Positions 50,216 to 64,000 of a stretch of 64,000 nt of DNA are shown here, piece by piece. A program made the translations under genes and the position numbers. This stretch comes from Octopus vulgaris (lineage: Eukaryota). The number at the start of each line of letters is the position of its first letter. Position 1 is the first letter of the stretch. The stretch is taken from positions 20,770,001-20,834,000 of the forward strand of contig OX597827.1 of the NCBI GenBank assembly GCA_951406725.2. The letters are read 5' to 3'. The notes under the pieces were generated by a model. That model made no database searches. It saw only the letters and a list, made by a program, of their open reading frames with translations, and was not told where the DNA came from.

Positions 50216-52719
50216 GTGGCTGTGTGATTAACAAGTTCATTTCTCAACAGCAAGGTTTTGTGTGTAGCCCCATTACGCAGTGGCGTCAAGCAGTAGTAGT
50301 GAATGCTATGTTCTAGTGGTGTCCCCCCATTGTCATTGCTGTAGTTGTAGAGACAGCAGCAGCAGAATGGAGTTGTTGGTTGGTGGCATCACAGTTGTCA
50401 TTAAGTAGGAGGAGGGAGCTATGAAATTGAACTGTGTTCTATGGAGACAGACACACAGACAGACAGTGGAAGATATATAGATAAATGCTCTAAATATTGA
50501 TTCTGTTTTTAAAATGTCTTCATTACATGGGCAGAAGGGAAAGGGAAATGTCTGATATACAAGCCCTATTCTCCAAGGATAATTAGTGAAGCCATGTGGT
50601 TTCACTTGGAAGTCTATGTAAAGCAGTGGATTCCTCTGGGTAGAAACTAGCACGGTATGGCAGCACGCCACATGTGTGACTAAGAGAGAAGTCATTGGTT
50701 TGGCAGCACAACATGTTTATCGGTTTTTTTTGGAGAATGTTAAACATTTTTGTTGCCATATTTCTCGTTGAAATACACTGGTAGTGTATTTCAATTAATT
50801 TTGGAAATAATCAATAATTTTGAGAGATTTAGACCAAAAAATTAACTTTTAGATTTATTTCTATATCAAGCTGGTGTTTAGAAAGCAACTTATCATATGC
50901 TTCTTGCAGCAAACTAAATATCTGGTGGTATTTCTTTTAACTCTTTACATTCTGATTTCAAATCCTGCAGAGGTTAACTTTACCTTTAATCCTTCTGGAG
51001 TTGATAAAATAAAGTATCAGTGGCGTCACCGATACTGACTTAACCTCTCTCTTCAAAATTGCTGGCTTTGTGCCAAAATTTGAAAGCGTAAAATAATAAC
51101 AGAAAGTTTTCGTTTAAACACGAACCCTTAAAAGAAGCAGTTTTGAATGAAAGAATCGGAGACGGTTTCAAGTCTGCTGGTGCCAAGAAGCTGAAACTAA
51201 TATTTCAGAAGAGGAAGAGACAAATCTAAAAACAACAACAACAACCTAAGAATAAATCTGATTGCAAAAGAAAAACAAAGAGGGAAAATAAAACAAAATT
51301 ATACAAGGAGTTTACTTGGCAGCCATGTGGTTCCAGGTTCAATCCTAGGCTGTGATAACTAAGGCCAGTGTCTCCTAACGTTGACTAATGAGTGAAAATG
51401 AATGAAATTGTGTGGTTGAGTTATGTTTCTGAGTTTAAAAATGTAAGAACTGTTGTTGATAGAATTGACTAAAACCATGACAGACCATCAGCCTGGCTTT
51501 TGTTAGCACAGTTCTGTTGCCATATGCTGCCTTTATTCCAGTTAGTCTTGAAACCCCCTTCCCAGAGTGGACCCACTCACTCAAGCCATCTTCGCCACAG
51601 TCACCCACCTCCCAACAAATCTATTATGTACCTGCACCTCCCTTTCCACTGTCACCTTCCTTTTTAGACAGAACTTCAAAGAGTCACAAGGCCAGTCATT
51701 TTGGGGGGAAATGGTCAGTTGATATCGTTGGGTCCAGTACTTTACTGGCTGCAAAAGGCTGAAAGGCAATGTCAACCGAAGCAAGATTTGAACTCAAAAT
51801 CTAAGAAGACAGAAGACATGTGGCATTTGCTCAGACATTCTAATGATTCTGCCTGCTCAAAGTCTTAATAATAAAGATAATAATAATTATAATTTCTATT
51901 ATTGGTTAGAGGACCCAGGAATAACAACATCGTCAACAACAACCATATGTCGATATTGAGGAAAGAACGATATGTCGATATTGAGGAAAGAACTTTTTTT
52001 AGCAGCGTTTTTTAATAAAATTGGAAATGTTACAGAAATTGGAAAATACGCAATTTTTTTAGGGTGTCTGAAGTTGGAGTATAGGTGATAGTTGGCAGTG
52101 GTGTTTGCGATTGGTGGTGGTGGTGGTGGTGGTAGCATGATGATGATGATGGTATTTCTGATTGTTGCAGTAAAGATGGTGATTGAGGATGTGGTGTGGT
52201 TGACTATGGTGGTAAGTGTTCATGTTGTTGCTGGCGGTGGTGTTTGTCGATGGTGGTGTTTGTTGATGGTGGTGTGTGTGTTGGCGGCTACTATGGTGGT
52301 GTTTGTGCTGGTGTTTGGAGGTGGTCTGGGTGACAGTAGTATGATATTGATAGTGTGGCTAGCAATTCTTCTTCTTCACCGTTTGTCATCCTTATCCGAG
52401 CAGCCCTTCACCCTGCTCCCCCCCTGTAAATGTATTTCAGTTTTGAACATCCCCTCTTTTCAGATATACTTTATCTCAGGATGACATTATCAAATAATCC
52501 TTCCTTTTACTTAATGACAGCAGCATGTGATTGGTGAGGCTTGGTTGCTATGTCTAGCAAGCTTAGCCACAATGGAGTGCCTCTGTAAGTGTGGTAAGAA
52601 AGGCAAGTAAGAGGTTAGTGGTGTCATAACAGTAAAGATGTTCTTTGTATGGTGTGCTTTAGTAGAAGCAGACTTTGCATGGCTGCTTAGTTGACTAATT
52701 CCTGTCCCCATAACAAGGT

Positions 52720-52945
52720 CTTGTGATGACAACCTCACTAGTCCTAATGTCAGGACAAAGAACCCAGACCACACTCTGTAAAGTGGTTGGCGTTAGGAAG
52801 GGCATCCAGCCGTAGAAGTCATGGCAAAGTAGACACTGGAGTATAAGGGAGTCCGTGGACATGGTGGATCCTGTCTGTCTTATCCATGCCAGCATAGGAC
52901 ATGGACATTAGATAGTGATGGTGGTGATGATGATGATGGTGGTGG
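52720..52945 (+). mobile_element. RTE tail, old
   Basis: Tail family. Further old copies at 55650-55870 (-), 59305-59495 (-), 60215-60435 (+) and 43555-43740 (-). Confidence 0.7.
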
Positions 52946-53269
52946 TGTGTGTGTCAGCATGTATGAGAGAGAGAGAGAGAGAGAGAAAACAAACAGATAT
53001 AAGAGAGACACTTAGGGAGAGAGGTAGCTAGAGGTATTATCATGAGCACTGTCACCAGCATTTTACAGTTTCTTCCATGACTCACATGTCTACCTTTCTC
53101 ATCTCGTCTCTTAAGTCCAGCTTCCAGAAATCAGATTCCACCACTTCTCAAACACTCTGTGGTCCTTCCTCTCTCAAAGCTTTCTTACACACAAAGCACT
53201 TCTTTCCCCAACTGCTACCCTCCATTTACATCACATACCTGTGCCATCTTCAATAGACATCACATGTAA

Positions 53270-53486
53270 GGCGGCGAGCTGGCAGAAATGTTAGTGCACT
53301 GGGTAAAATGCTTGGCAGCATTCTGTCCTTCTTTAAGTTCTGAGTTCAAATTCCACCGAGGTCGACTTTGCTTTTCATCCTTTCGGGGTCAATAAATTAA
53401 GTACTAGTTGCATACTGGGGTCAATCTAATCGACTGGCCCCCTCCCCACCAAAATTTCAGGCCTTGTGCCTAGAGTAGAAAAGAAT
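53270..53486 (+). mobile_element. SINE family B, variant tail, with 11 bp TSD
   Basis: ACATCACATGT at 53257-53267 and 53489-53499. Confidence 0.9.
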
Positions 53487-53659
53487 GTACATCACATGTT
53501 CCCTATCTCTTGCATATTCACTTCTCTCTCCTCCACCTCCTCCCCCCATCAGCTCATCTCTCCTCCACCATCCAAGCATACAAACATTACTTGTACAACC
53601 TTCACCCATCCTCTTCCTGCTACCTCCAGGGTTCACTAACAAACTATAATATTGTAGTT

Positions 53660-54007
53660 CATAAAACCTGGCACCTCCATTAGTCACGATGACAGGGGTC
53701 CCAGTTGATTCGATCAACGGAAAAGCCTGCTCGTGAAATTAATGTACAAGTGGCTGTACTGTACATCCGTACTGTTAATGTCGGTCTCAAAGAGATTCAA
53801 CGTGACACAGAATGTGACCAGGCTGACCCTTTGAAACAACTCAATTTTCCTTTTGTTTTTTTTTTTTAAAAACAACTCACCTTTGCCAGGTGGGTGGAAT
53901 GGAGCAACGTGAAAAAAAGAGTCTTGCTCAAGGACACAGTGCACTGCTGGCAATCCAACTCATAACCTCACGATTCAGCTGAATGCCCGAACCACTAAGC
54001 TACTCAC
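53660..54007 (-). mobile_element. tRNA-derived SINE family E
   Basis: Minus strand GTAGCTTAGTGGTTCGGGCATT (box A) then TGTGTCCTTGAGCAAGAC (CORE/V-like block). Confidence 0.7.
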
Positions 54008-54627
54008 TTTCAAACAGACGCAAAAATACAAAAGGGGTCTTCATAAGCAGGACGGAATAGTTCTCTGAATATCCTGCAGACCATTCTTATTCTGGTTACT
54101 TTTGCAACACACACACACCTCTGCTGCTTTAAAATCCCTGGCAGATAAAGGTTAGTGACAGGAGGAGCGTCCATCTGTAAAAATTCTGGTTCAATTATCT
54201 CCCACCTAGCATGGAAAAATAAACGTTAAATGAAACGAATGGATAAATATTTCCAATATTAACCCCTGTAAAGAGGTACGTAAATAGATATGGAGAGACA
54301 GATGGACGGACAGACGGACAAATTAATAGACATAACTCACAGACAGATGCAAACAAACAGACAGACAGACAGCCAGATAAATGGAAAGACAGACAAGCAG
54401 ACTGACAGACTTATGGCTGCGAGTGAGTGAGAGAGAGAGAGAGAGAGAGGGAGAGAGAAAAAGAGAGAGAGAGCAAAGTGCAGTATATTACACCAAGGAA
54501 GAGGAGTGATGGTAAGAGAAGGAATAAGTAAGAGGCAGCAGTTGTTTTCCTTTCATTTTAGATTTGGCAAGAGTAGGAACTGTCCACTATATTGTGAATC
54601 ACTACACTCTCACCCCCACCCCCACAG

Positions 54628-54659
<32 letters not shown>

Positions 54660-57600
54660 ACACACGCAGATATACATACATGTACACGTACATTGATATA
54701 CATAAGAAATATTTAGATTCAGAGAGAAATATCTGTTTATAACACACACACACACACGTGTGTGTGCGTGTGTGTGCAAACAAGTGTACACGTGGATAAC
54801 TATACAAACATAAAAAGAGGAAAACAAAGGAACGCAAAAAGAAACACACATTTTGGTGGTTGCAAAGACATACGTAGACAGACACACAGAGAAATTTAGA
54901 TTCACAACACACACACACACACAGAGTTACTTAGACAAACACGAACTGCTGAAGATATAAATATTTGTCTCAGACAAAACACAAAAAAAGAAAAGCAAAC
55001 ACACGCACACACACACACACACACACGCGCGCGCGAGAACACACACTTCTGAGTTCTACTAATGTTAGTTAAGTACTGTAAACCAGTCAAACATAATATC
55101 ACCTTTTAAACCTAAGTCCAGCCACACTTCCACCTGTTATTTTACCTGTCAATGTGACTCACCTTAACTGCGCCTTCATGCACACACACGCATACATACA
55201 CACACACACACATGCTACACAAATGATGATGTATCAGAGACAAATAAACATCTGCAAGATCTTCTTAAAGATGATGAACAAGTGGAGATGCTTTCGTTCA
55301 TAACCTTTTAACCAGGCAAGGTGGCCAGTCGAAATTAACTCCGAATTAAAAGGAGGAACCCCACCCCCGAATACACACACACACACACACACGTATATAT
55401 ATAAACAGGTTATTTTGAAAGTGAAATTGTCTGTGCATTGGCCAACTCACAGCATGGTGGGCCAAGTATTGCATTTTGTTAGGACTCTACTGGCTCGGTT
55501 TGGTTTGCTTGGTCTGACCCCATCGCCAAATGTAGTTTTCAGTCTCATGAAAGCAAAGAACCTCCCTACCCACAAATTTAATTATTTTCATTCTTCTCCC
55601 AGTGTGAAATTACAAAATTCGGTTTTTGAAATCTCTCCTATAAACACCATCATCATCATCACTGAACATCTAGCTTCCATGCTGGTATAGGTTGGATGAT
55701 TTATTAGGATCCAAGTTCAAAGACTATGTTGAACTCCAGTATCTACTTAGGCATGGTTGCCATGGCTGGATGCCCTTTCTCCTGTCAACCACTTTACAGA
55801 GTATAATTAAATGCTTTTCCCATGGCACTTGCACCAGTGAGGTCACCATGCAGCACACAAGACTAAGATCCCCTTCAACAGAGTGGAGCTACTGTAACGA
55901 GGGAAAGGGCTTTATGCAAGGCAATGAGGGGTTAAGGTCTGCAAGACGGAGCCAGACCAGAATAGTTCCTTGTTGTAGAGGAGATAGGGGTAGGAGTAAC
56001 CAAGGTGAAAATGGGAAGAGAGATAAAATGGTGGTGATGAGATGTCAGGGTGGATTCTCAAGGTATATATATCATCCTAAGATATATATATATATATATA
56101 TATCTTAGGATGATATATATATATAGCTGGAATTTACAGAAAAACAAAAGATGAAGCCAGGTGTATGAACAACAAGCAGGTGTATTAGTTTGATACTTGG
56201 GAAAAATGAAAAAATCTTTTACGTTTTGGGCCTACACTCTTCAATAGAAAGGAATAAGAGAAAATAAACAGAGAGAGAATGAAAAAAACTTGTAGATTTC
56301 AGCAACCCAACATGGTATATATGTAAATCATAGGCGACTCCAGGTCATCAGTGTCACTCGGGCTCATCACAGATTTCACATAAGACACATGTCTGCTTGA
56401 AGAATTTCACATTTTTCCACATATTTCTAGCCCCAAATGGCTTTTTTTTTTTTTTAATATCTTGTCTTTCTCCATTTCTAAGTTAAGAGTAAAAATAAAG
56501 CAACCCTGAAAATTACAACTGATCTTTACACACAGAATAACAGCAATCAAATTACAACATCAGTGACCTGACTGTCACCTGTCCTCTTGACAAGAGATGC
56601 CAGTTAGTCTTTTACACCTACCAGACTTGTTGGTATTAGCCCGAATTGCTGGATAATTCTTCGTTCCTCTAAGAATATTGTAAAACGGCAACTTTTCATA
56701 GATTGGAATTTAATTCCTAATCTTTATAGAAATTTATTGTTTCAAGAAAACATTGAATTTGAATTACTTTTAATTTTTACGATTATAGATAACAACTCGG
56801 ATCTTAACTTCTGACTCCAAGTCAGGTGCGTGTGAACGATGTCGAGAGAACGTCTGCTATGAATATTTTTTGACACAGGGCACCTCTAAGACATATATCA
56901 AGTGCCAGAGTCGCCACTGATATATGGATATATGCAAATTTATTTGTGGTGCTTATTCCAAAAGTGTGCTTTGCATTGAAGACAGTTGTAATATTTTCTG
57001 CTCAAACCTTTAACATTTCACTCTAAACCTAAGTATTAAGCAAACCCTAAGTTGGCCTTTAGCTTATAACTCATTCTACCGACTGGTTAACACACATCAA
57101 CAATACACAGGTTGATCATTGTAGAACTGTCTTCAAACAGTGCTGACCAGGAAAGTTAAGCAACACCAACAACAACAACAACAATGTGCACAACAACACT
57201 GGCACAGTGAGCTTCAAGCTAAATGTTGGCAAATAAATAAATAAAATTGATTTTATTAAAATCATCAAAAGCCATCTTAAGCAGCAGATATGTCTGGAAA
57301 GACATTTTGATCTCACACCCCATCGCCACCACTCTCATAACATACACTTCCCATCAAGTTTCCACACACACACACACACACATGTATGTATGCATGTGTA
57401 TATATATATGTGTGTGTGTGTGTATATATATATGTATGTATATATATATATATATGTATGTATATATATATATATGAGTATATATATGTGTGTGTGTGTG
57501 TGTGGTGTGAGTGTATATATATATGGATAGATAAATAGATAGGTAGGTAGATAGAGGTGTATGTGTGTGTAACACATACAATCATACATGCACACACACA

Positions 57601-58273
57601 CACATACACACACACACACACACAACCCATTATCTCTATATATATAATCAATACATTCCTACAGAAAGAAATACTGTAATGTGTTTGTGCACACACACAC
57701 ACACACACACACAGAGGCACACATGTGGGGAAAAGGGAAGATATATGTATCTGGGTCAGTGTGTGCATGTTTTATGGGTGTAAGTGCATATGTATGTGTA
57801 CGTGGGTGTGTGTGTGTGTGTGTGCCTGAATATGCAAGTGCATGTGGTGGTGGTGGTGGTGGAGGAACGTCTATAGTAAGCAATCGTGCAAAAGATATTT
57901 TAACAATCTCCAATTTTGGAACCTCAAATTTCTGAAGTAAAAGACAGTGAGTGTATATATATATGTGTGTGTATATGTATGTACATATACACTCAGTGTA
58001 TACGCGAGGTGTTTGTGTGTGTACGTATGTCTTTCTTTGTCTTCTGAGTCTAGTGACAATTGAATGTAAGGAGATCTGCAGATGATGTTCTTGACTCATT
58101 TCCCCCACCCCACCCCCGTATCACTTGCAGTTTGACCTGAAATCCAAGTTACTTACCAACACGTATCAAAACCTAACAATGTTTCTCACCTGTTAATTAA
58201 TAAGTCAGGCATTCTGTACTTTTCCTTCAAAATGTTCACCTTTAAATAAGTCACCTCTGACATTTATTATACC

Positions 58274-58503
58274 TATTTCTTTACTACCCGCAAGGGGCTA
58301 AACACAGAGGGAACAAACAAGGACAGACAAACGGATTAAGTCGATTATATCAACCCCAGTGCATAACTGGTACTTATTTAATCGACCCCGAAAGGATGAA
58401 AGGCAAAGTTGACCTCGGCAGAATTTGAACTCACAACATAACGGTGGACGAAATACGGCTACGCATTTCGCCCGGCGTGGAACGTTTCTGCCAGCTCGCT
58501 GCC
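58274..58503 (-). mobile_element. Full-length SINE family B
   Basis: Reverse complement of 43957-44180. Confidence 0.9.
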
Positions 58504-59863
58504 TGACATTTATTATAGCCTTAAATGTTTCTGATGGATCAAACAATCTTCAGGTATTCTTCAATCATTTCCACTTTTCTACTATTAAGTCCAGAATGTT
58601 ATCTTGCACAAGCACACATGTAGGTGTGCATGTCTATCTATCTATCTATCTATCTTTTCATTTGTTTATCTCTCTCTGTGCGCACACACACACACAAACA
58701 CACATTGTTTCGAAAGAAATCTAACATGTGCAGTGCAGGATGTGTCTGAGGAATATTCAGCCATTTAAGTGCTAATTCAATGAGCAAGTTAACTGATTTG
58801 ATTGAACAAATGAATTCTCATAATTGAAAACAGCACACACACACACACACACACACACAAACATACACGCACACACACACACACACATTTGCATCCATTT
58901 AGTATTGACTGTCAAAAGAAAGAGTACTAAATACCATACAGGAGATTAATAATGTTTACATTTTGGTCAGTGTCCTGCTGTGTTGCTGCTCTGAAGTGGC
59001 ACAGGATCATCATCAGGCAGGTTACGACTGCTGATCTTGTGAACACAGGTGAACCTTCAGAGCAGCAAGGCACTGACACTGGACGATCAAATGATGTGGG
59101 TGTGAAAAGTAATTAAGCAAAAATCAAATGAAATGCACAATAGTGTAAGATTGAGTTGAATAATATTCATTAAAAGGAGGGGGTGGGTGTGTAAGTGACA
59201 GCTCACACTTGGGTCTGTCTATGATTGAGGATCAGGGTCAAGAAAGCCTGATAAGTAACTCAAAATCTCTCAGCTTTCAACAAATGAAGATATATATACA
59301 TAACCATCGTCATAATCATTTAATGTCCGTTTCCCATGCTGGCATCGGTCAGCTGGTTTGGCAGGCGCCAGTAAACCAGAGGACTGCACCAATGTCTGCT
59401 TTGGCATGCTCTCTATGGCTGGATGCCCTTCCTAATGCCAACTGCTTTACAAAGTGTGCAGAGTGCTTTTTTTTTTAATGGCACCAGCACTAGTGATGAT
59501 TGTCTTGTAACATGCTAGGCTAAGGACCTAAAGTGGCTCCTATAACTGGAAAAGGGATTACTTTAGGGCCTCTCTCCACACACACACTTTCTTATGTTGT
59601 TATGAATATCAGTCAACATTATTAACACATATTTCAAACTGTGACAGAACAAATAATGTACATAATACATTAATGAGTAATAAAGCTTATTTATACTTGC
59701 AGTGAGTATAATTTTATTAGAGTTAAACATGCAACATGGCATTCCATTTTATTATACATACATACATACATACATACATACATACACGCACATACATACA
59801 CACACACACATACATACATACACACACACACACATACATACACACATACATACATACACACAC

Positions 59864-59914
<51 letters not shown>

Positions 59915-62148
59915 TACATACACACATACATACATACACACACACATACACACATACATACACACACACACATACACACACACACATACATACATACATC
60001 TGTATTAAAATGATATTGTCATCATTGATGGTACCCTTTCACATCCTGCCACTACTCTCATCCTTATCTCTCTTGCTAGCTCCACTCTTGTATAAGGAAG
60101 CCACATATCTGTCTCATTTACAGCAACAACCTGTTCCAGCCCCTTCATACACATGTCAACTTCTAAAGCTGCTTCCCACATGAATATAGTCCAACTCGAT
60201 CAAGGGGAATTTTAGCACTTCCAGCTACATGGTGACCTCACTAGTGCTGGTGCCATGAAAAAAGCAGCCCCTACATGCTGTAAGATGGTTGATATAAGGA
60301 AGGGCATCCAACTGTAAAAATCATGCCAAGACAGACACTGGGTTGTAGTATAGTCCTTGGACTTGTCCGATCGTGTCAAACCATCCAACCCATGCCAGCA
60401 TGGAAACAGGACATTAAATGGTAATGACGATGATGTGTTATGTGCATGCGTGTATGTATATCTATATGTACACACATATACATGTGCGTGCATATGTATT
60501 CATATGTGTGTGTATTTATAAATGCACATCTAAAATTATGCATACAAAAATATTGATAGGTTTCCATGTGTGTGTGTGTAAACTACTCGTAAGTCTATGT
60601 AAGGCAGTGGTTAATATTCCACCAATATTTAATGCTATTTCACTCCAAAATTCAAATGTTCCTTTAGTTATGTCTTTATATCAAAAAGCAAAAATTATTT
60701 ACCAACAAGCCATAAAGAAGGCAAAATAAAATATTTTTATTATTATTTTAAAGTACACGAGCTTTCGGTTTTTGACCTGTTGGGTATTTTAACCACTTAC
60801 ATCTTCTTGAAATGTTCTCATAATTTATCGAGAACATTTGAAAGAACATAAAAGACTCACACGACATTTCTTATACACTCACACACACACATACACACAC
60901 ACACACCTAATATTTATTGCAAGAAATGATATTTTGCCAATATCTCAAAAGCCTTCTGCTGCCATTTTCATAAAATTCAGGTAGTTTTGATTTAAAATTT
61001 TTTAAAATCATATTAAAAAAAAAAAAGCCTTATAGTAGATTAATAAAAAAAAAAAAACAACTATTTTTCTGAGAATTTGGCACATTTCTGGAAAGATGGT
61101 GATCTGAATGAAGAGAAGAGAAAAGAAATACAAAAGAAGAAAAGGGTCTTTTTTAAAAGTTTGCCAACATAATTACAGGCTTTACAACACACATTAGATA
61201 CTATTTTAATTATTTAATGAAATGTTTTGTGAAAAATGATGTGAAATGGGTCTTCTATTGAGAACTGGTGCCAGGAGGTTTCTGTAATAGAACTAAAATC
61301 ACTACAATCCAAAGCATCAACTCTAGATTTTGGTTGGTATCGGATGAAGTAACATTATTTGTAGAATCTAAAATGTCTAAAAGCAAAGTCATTGAATAGA
61401 AGATCCTGCAGGATTTCTTGGAAAGAAATTATATTCTATCCTAAGTGATGATGGTTAGACTTCCATTGGAGAAGCTGTCAAGCAATGTGTCACACAGAGC
61501 TTGAGGCATGAAACGGTAGCTTGATTAAAAGAAAACAGCCTCGGGGTGAAGACTTATTTTCAGGGGTTTCACACCACAGCATCTTGGATAAAGGACTCTT
61601 ACTATAGGCCAAAGCAGATCAAAGCCTGTAAGTGGGACCCAAAAGAAGCCTGTTGTTCATATGTATGTGTGTATATATGTATGTGTGTGTGTGTGTGTGT
61701 GTGTGTTCGCATATTCTTCAAATATTGTCAACTACAGGCAGTGAAAATGTGGTCATTTTCCTTGTCAAAAAAGTAATCTCCTGGGTTTACCCTTTCAAAG
61801 ACATGTAAAATAAAGGAAAATAGATTCTTTTCTTGAAAAAATAAGAGTAAGGGCTTCAAGCAGTAAAATAATATCACAATAACACCTTCATCTAACCCAT
61901 GCCAGCATGGAATAACAGACGTAAAAACAAACAATGTCCGGAAAGTTGCCTTACATATTATGGAGGAAGCTGAGTTAAGAAGTCAATGCTGTCTAATGAC
62001 ACCAAGTTGCAAACTGAGAGGGAACCAGAATTTTGGTATACCAAATATATGAATGATTCAGACTGGTTGAGAAGCATACAAGAAAACTAAGGCCTAACAC
62101 CACCACCAACGCCACCACCACCGCCGCCGTATAGTGTATATGCATGCA

Positions 62149-62472
62149 CTGGCACTATGACCCGGCGTTGCCGGGTCAGACAGATATGTTATGTATGTAG
62201 TCATATACACAGACATCTCAAAAGTAAATAACCTCATTTTAGAAACAAATGCAGGTATAGATGGCTATCTCATCAGATCAACAGAATATCGTGGTTGCAT
62301 TCGTTTTTTTCAACTCCTTAAGACTCTACATTACACTTTTACAAATTGGGGAATATCACGTGCTTTGTAGGCTGCTGGTCCACTAAAGGAGCTTTTGGGG
62401 GATTACCACAAGATTGTATAAACCCATATATTTTGCATCAAATTTACATGTGTGTGTGTGTGTGTGTGTAGA
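62149..62472 (-). mobile_element. Non-autonomous Helitron-like element
   Basis: Minus strand reads A|TC...GC-rich hairpin TGACCCGGC-AAC-GCCGGGTCA, then CCAG|T (CTRR-like end, A^T target). Confidence 0.55.
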
Positions 62473-63228
62473 TACTATCAGTCAGTGAAAACTGAGAGTC
62501 TGCTTCATTTTTGGAGGAGTGTGGGGGTGGGGGCGGGGAAATAATTGTAATAGTTTATGTCTTGGAGGATTTTTAAAAGTTCGTCAAGTTCTAATTATTG
62601 TCTCCTACTATGTCATTTGAGTGGCAGTTAACAATTGCCAGTTGATAATTTGATGGAAATTCTTAAATAATGCTGTCAAATGGATTTTGAAAGATTTTTT
62701 AATGGTTCTACATTTTCATCGAGATCAGAAAAAAATCTGTCAAAACTCTGGCACCAGACTAACGAGAAAGTCTGCAATAAATTCAAAAGGAAACGTAGCG
62801 TTTGTTTTTTTGTTTCTTCTTTTATTTTTCATTTTTCTTGAAGTTATTTGCCATTAGCTGGGAGTGAAAAAAATAAAGGAAATTTATATTTAAAAGCTTT
62901 CATTGTAGAGTTTATGCTGCATGGAAGTAGAGAATTGTCTTCTAATCTAAAACTGAACTTGTTAAGCATCACCATTCAATCAGCTGACATTGCCAATTCC
63001 TATAAAGATTCACTGTTTAAAGAAATTGGTAGTGCTTGAACAGAGTTTTTTTCTCTTTAGAAAAAAAACCCCGAAATATCCATCTGCTGCTGAAGAGAAA
63101 AAAAATCATGAGCCAACCTTAGCACATTTAAGCCATCTTATGGCAGTGAAGTATGGTAAGTCCTAATATTCCAATGGTTGGAATGGACAATGGCTAGATG
63201 CATGGGGTCAAGTGAAATCCACTGCTGA

Positions 63229-63562
63229 GATGCAGGTGTTGTGGTGTGTTTAAGGAGTTTGCTTTGCAATCACATGGTTCTGGGTTCAATCTCACTGCAT
63301 GGAACCTTGGACAAGTGTGTTCTAGTTTAACTTGAGGCCAACCAAAGCCCCTTGTAAGTGTCTTTGGTAGATGGAAACTGAAAGAAGCCTATTGTGTGTG
63401 CGTGTCTCCTTGTTTTGACATTCTGTGAATGTCATTCATTTTCAATATCCTGCAAAAGAATTAACCAGCTCAGAAACAAGGATTGGCAACAGAAATGACA
63501 ACTGGCTGCAAAATATCTGCCTCAATAAACCTCCATCTGATCTGAGATGATGACGATGATGA
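63229..63562 (+). mobile_element. SINE A head with RTE-derived tail
   Basis: Family A head to AAACTGAAAGAAGCC, then ..GGATTGGCAACAG..TCTGCCTCAA..CCATCTGA..(GAT)n. Confidence 0.7.
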
Positions 63563-63777
63563 CAACTGGATCACAAGCAATCTGCTGAGGAATGGTTCCC
63601 GTAAAATACCACATGACCTGTGGCTTATGTGTTATGCAGGTCTTCTATCAAATATAATTGGGAGCAGTTTGTTAATTAACTCATGCCATCAGCAGGACGG
63701 TGACCACCGGACAATCATGAGTCATTTAAAATGCTAGAAATAACAGTTAATTTTCTATTACATTATATTGAATAAAA

Positions 63778-63998
63778 GGCGGCGAGCTGGCAGAAACGTT
63801 AGCATGCTGGGCGAAATGTATAGCTGTATTTTGTCTGCCGTTGCATTCTGAGTTCAAATTCCACTGAGGTCGACTTCACCTTTCATCTTTTCGGGGTCGA
63901 TAAATTAATTGCCAGTTATGCACTGGGGTAATCGACTTAATCCGTTTGTCCTTGTTTGTCCCCTCTGTGTTTAGCCCCTTGTGGGTAGTAAAGAAATA
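63778..63998 (+). mobile_element. Full-length SINE family B
   Basis: Matches 43957-44180. Confidence 0.9.
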
Positions 63999-64000
63999 TA

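Overview
AT-rich, microsatellite-dense animal genomic DNA. The repeat content (tRNA-head SINEs, RTE LINE tails ending in (GAT)n, mariner relics, abundant (TA)n/(CA)n/(GAT)n) is what I associate with a coleoid cephalopod, probably Octopus; this species call is inference. I find no intact host protein-coding gene. Nearly all listed ORFs are microsatellite or SINE translations, and the only protein-like sequences are decayed RTE, HERO-like LINE and mariner fragments, so the window is probably intronic or intergenic. The main hidden signal is a set of sequence-unrelated, non-coding 300-500 bp inserts, mostly in or beside (TA)n tracts. They carry minimal type I hammerhead ribozyme folds (CUGANGA...GAAA...UH with a palindromic stem III) of the kind known from Penelope-like elements and retrozymes. 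One is canonical and lies in a terminally redundant 487 bp unit (36515-37029). Three lie in inverted-repeat structures (25036-25526, 29845-30423, 30451-30741). One has a compensatory G3-C8 core swap (49185-49235). Other signals are a 114 nt rod-like hairpin in unique sequence (58968-59081), a possible partial HDV-like ribozyme, RTE RT fragments with a PHD-like Cys/His insert, module-shuffled SINEs and several datable nested insertions. All folds were read by eye; none was computed.
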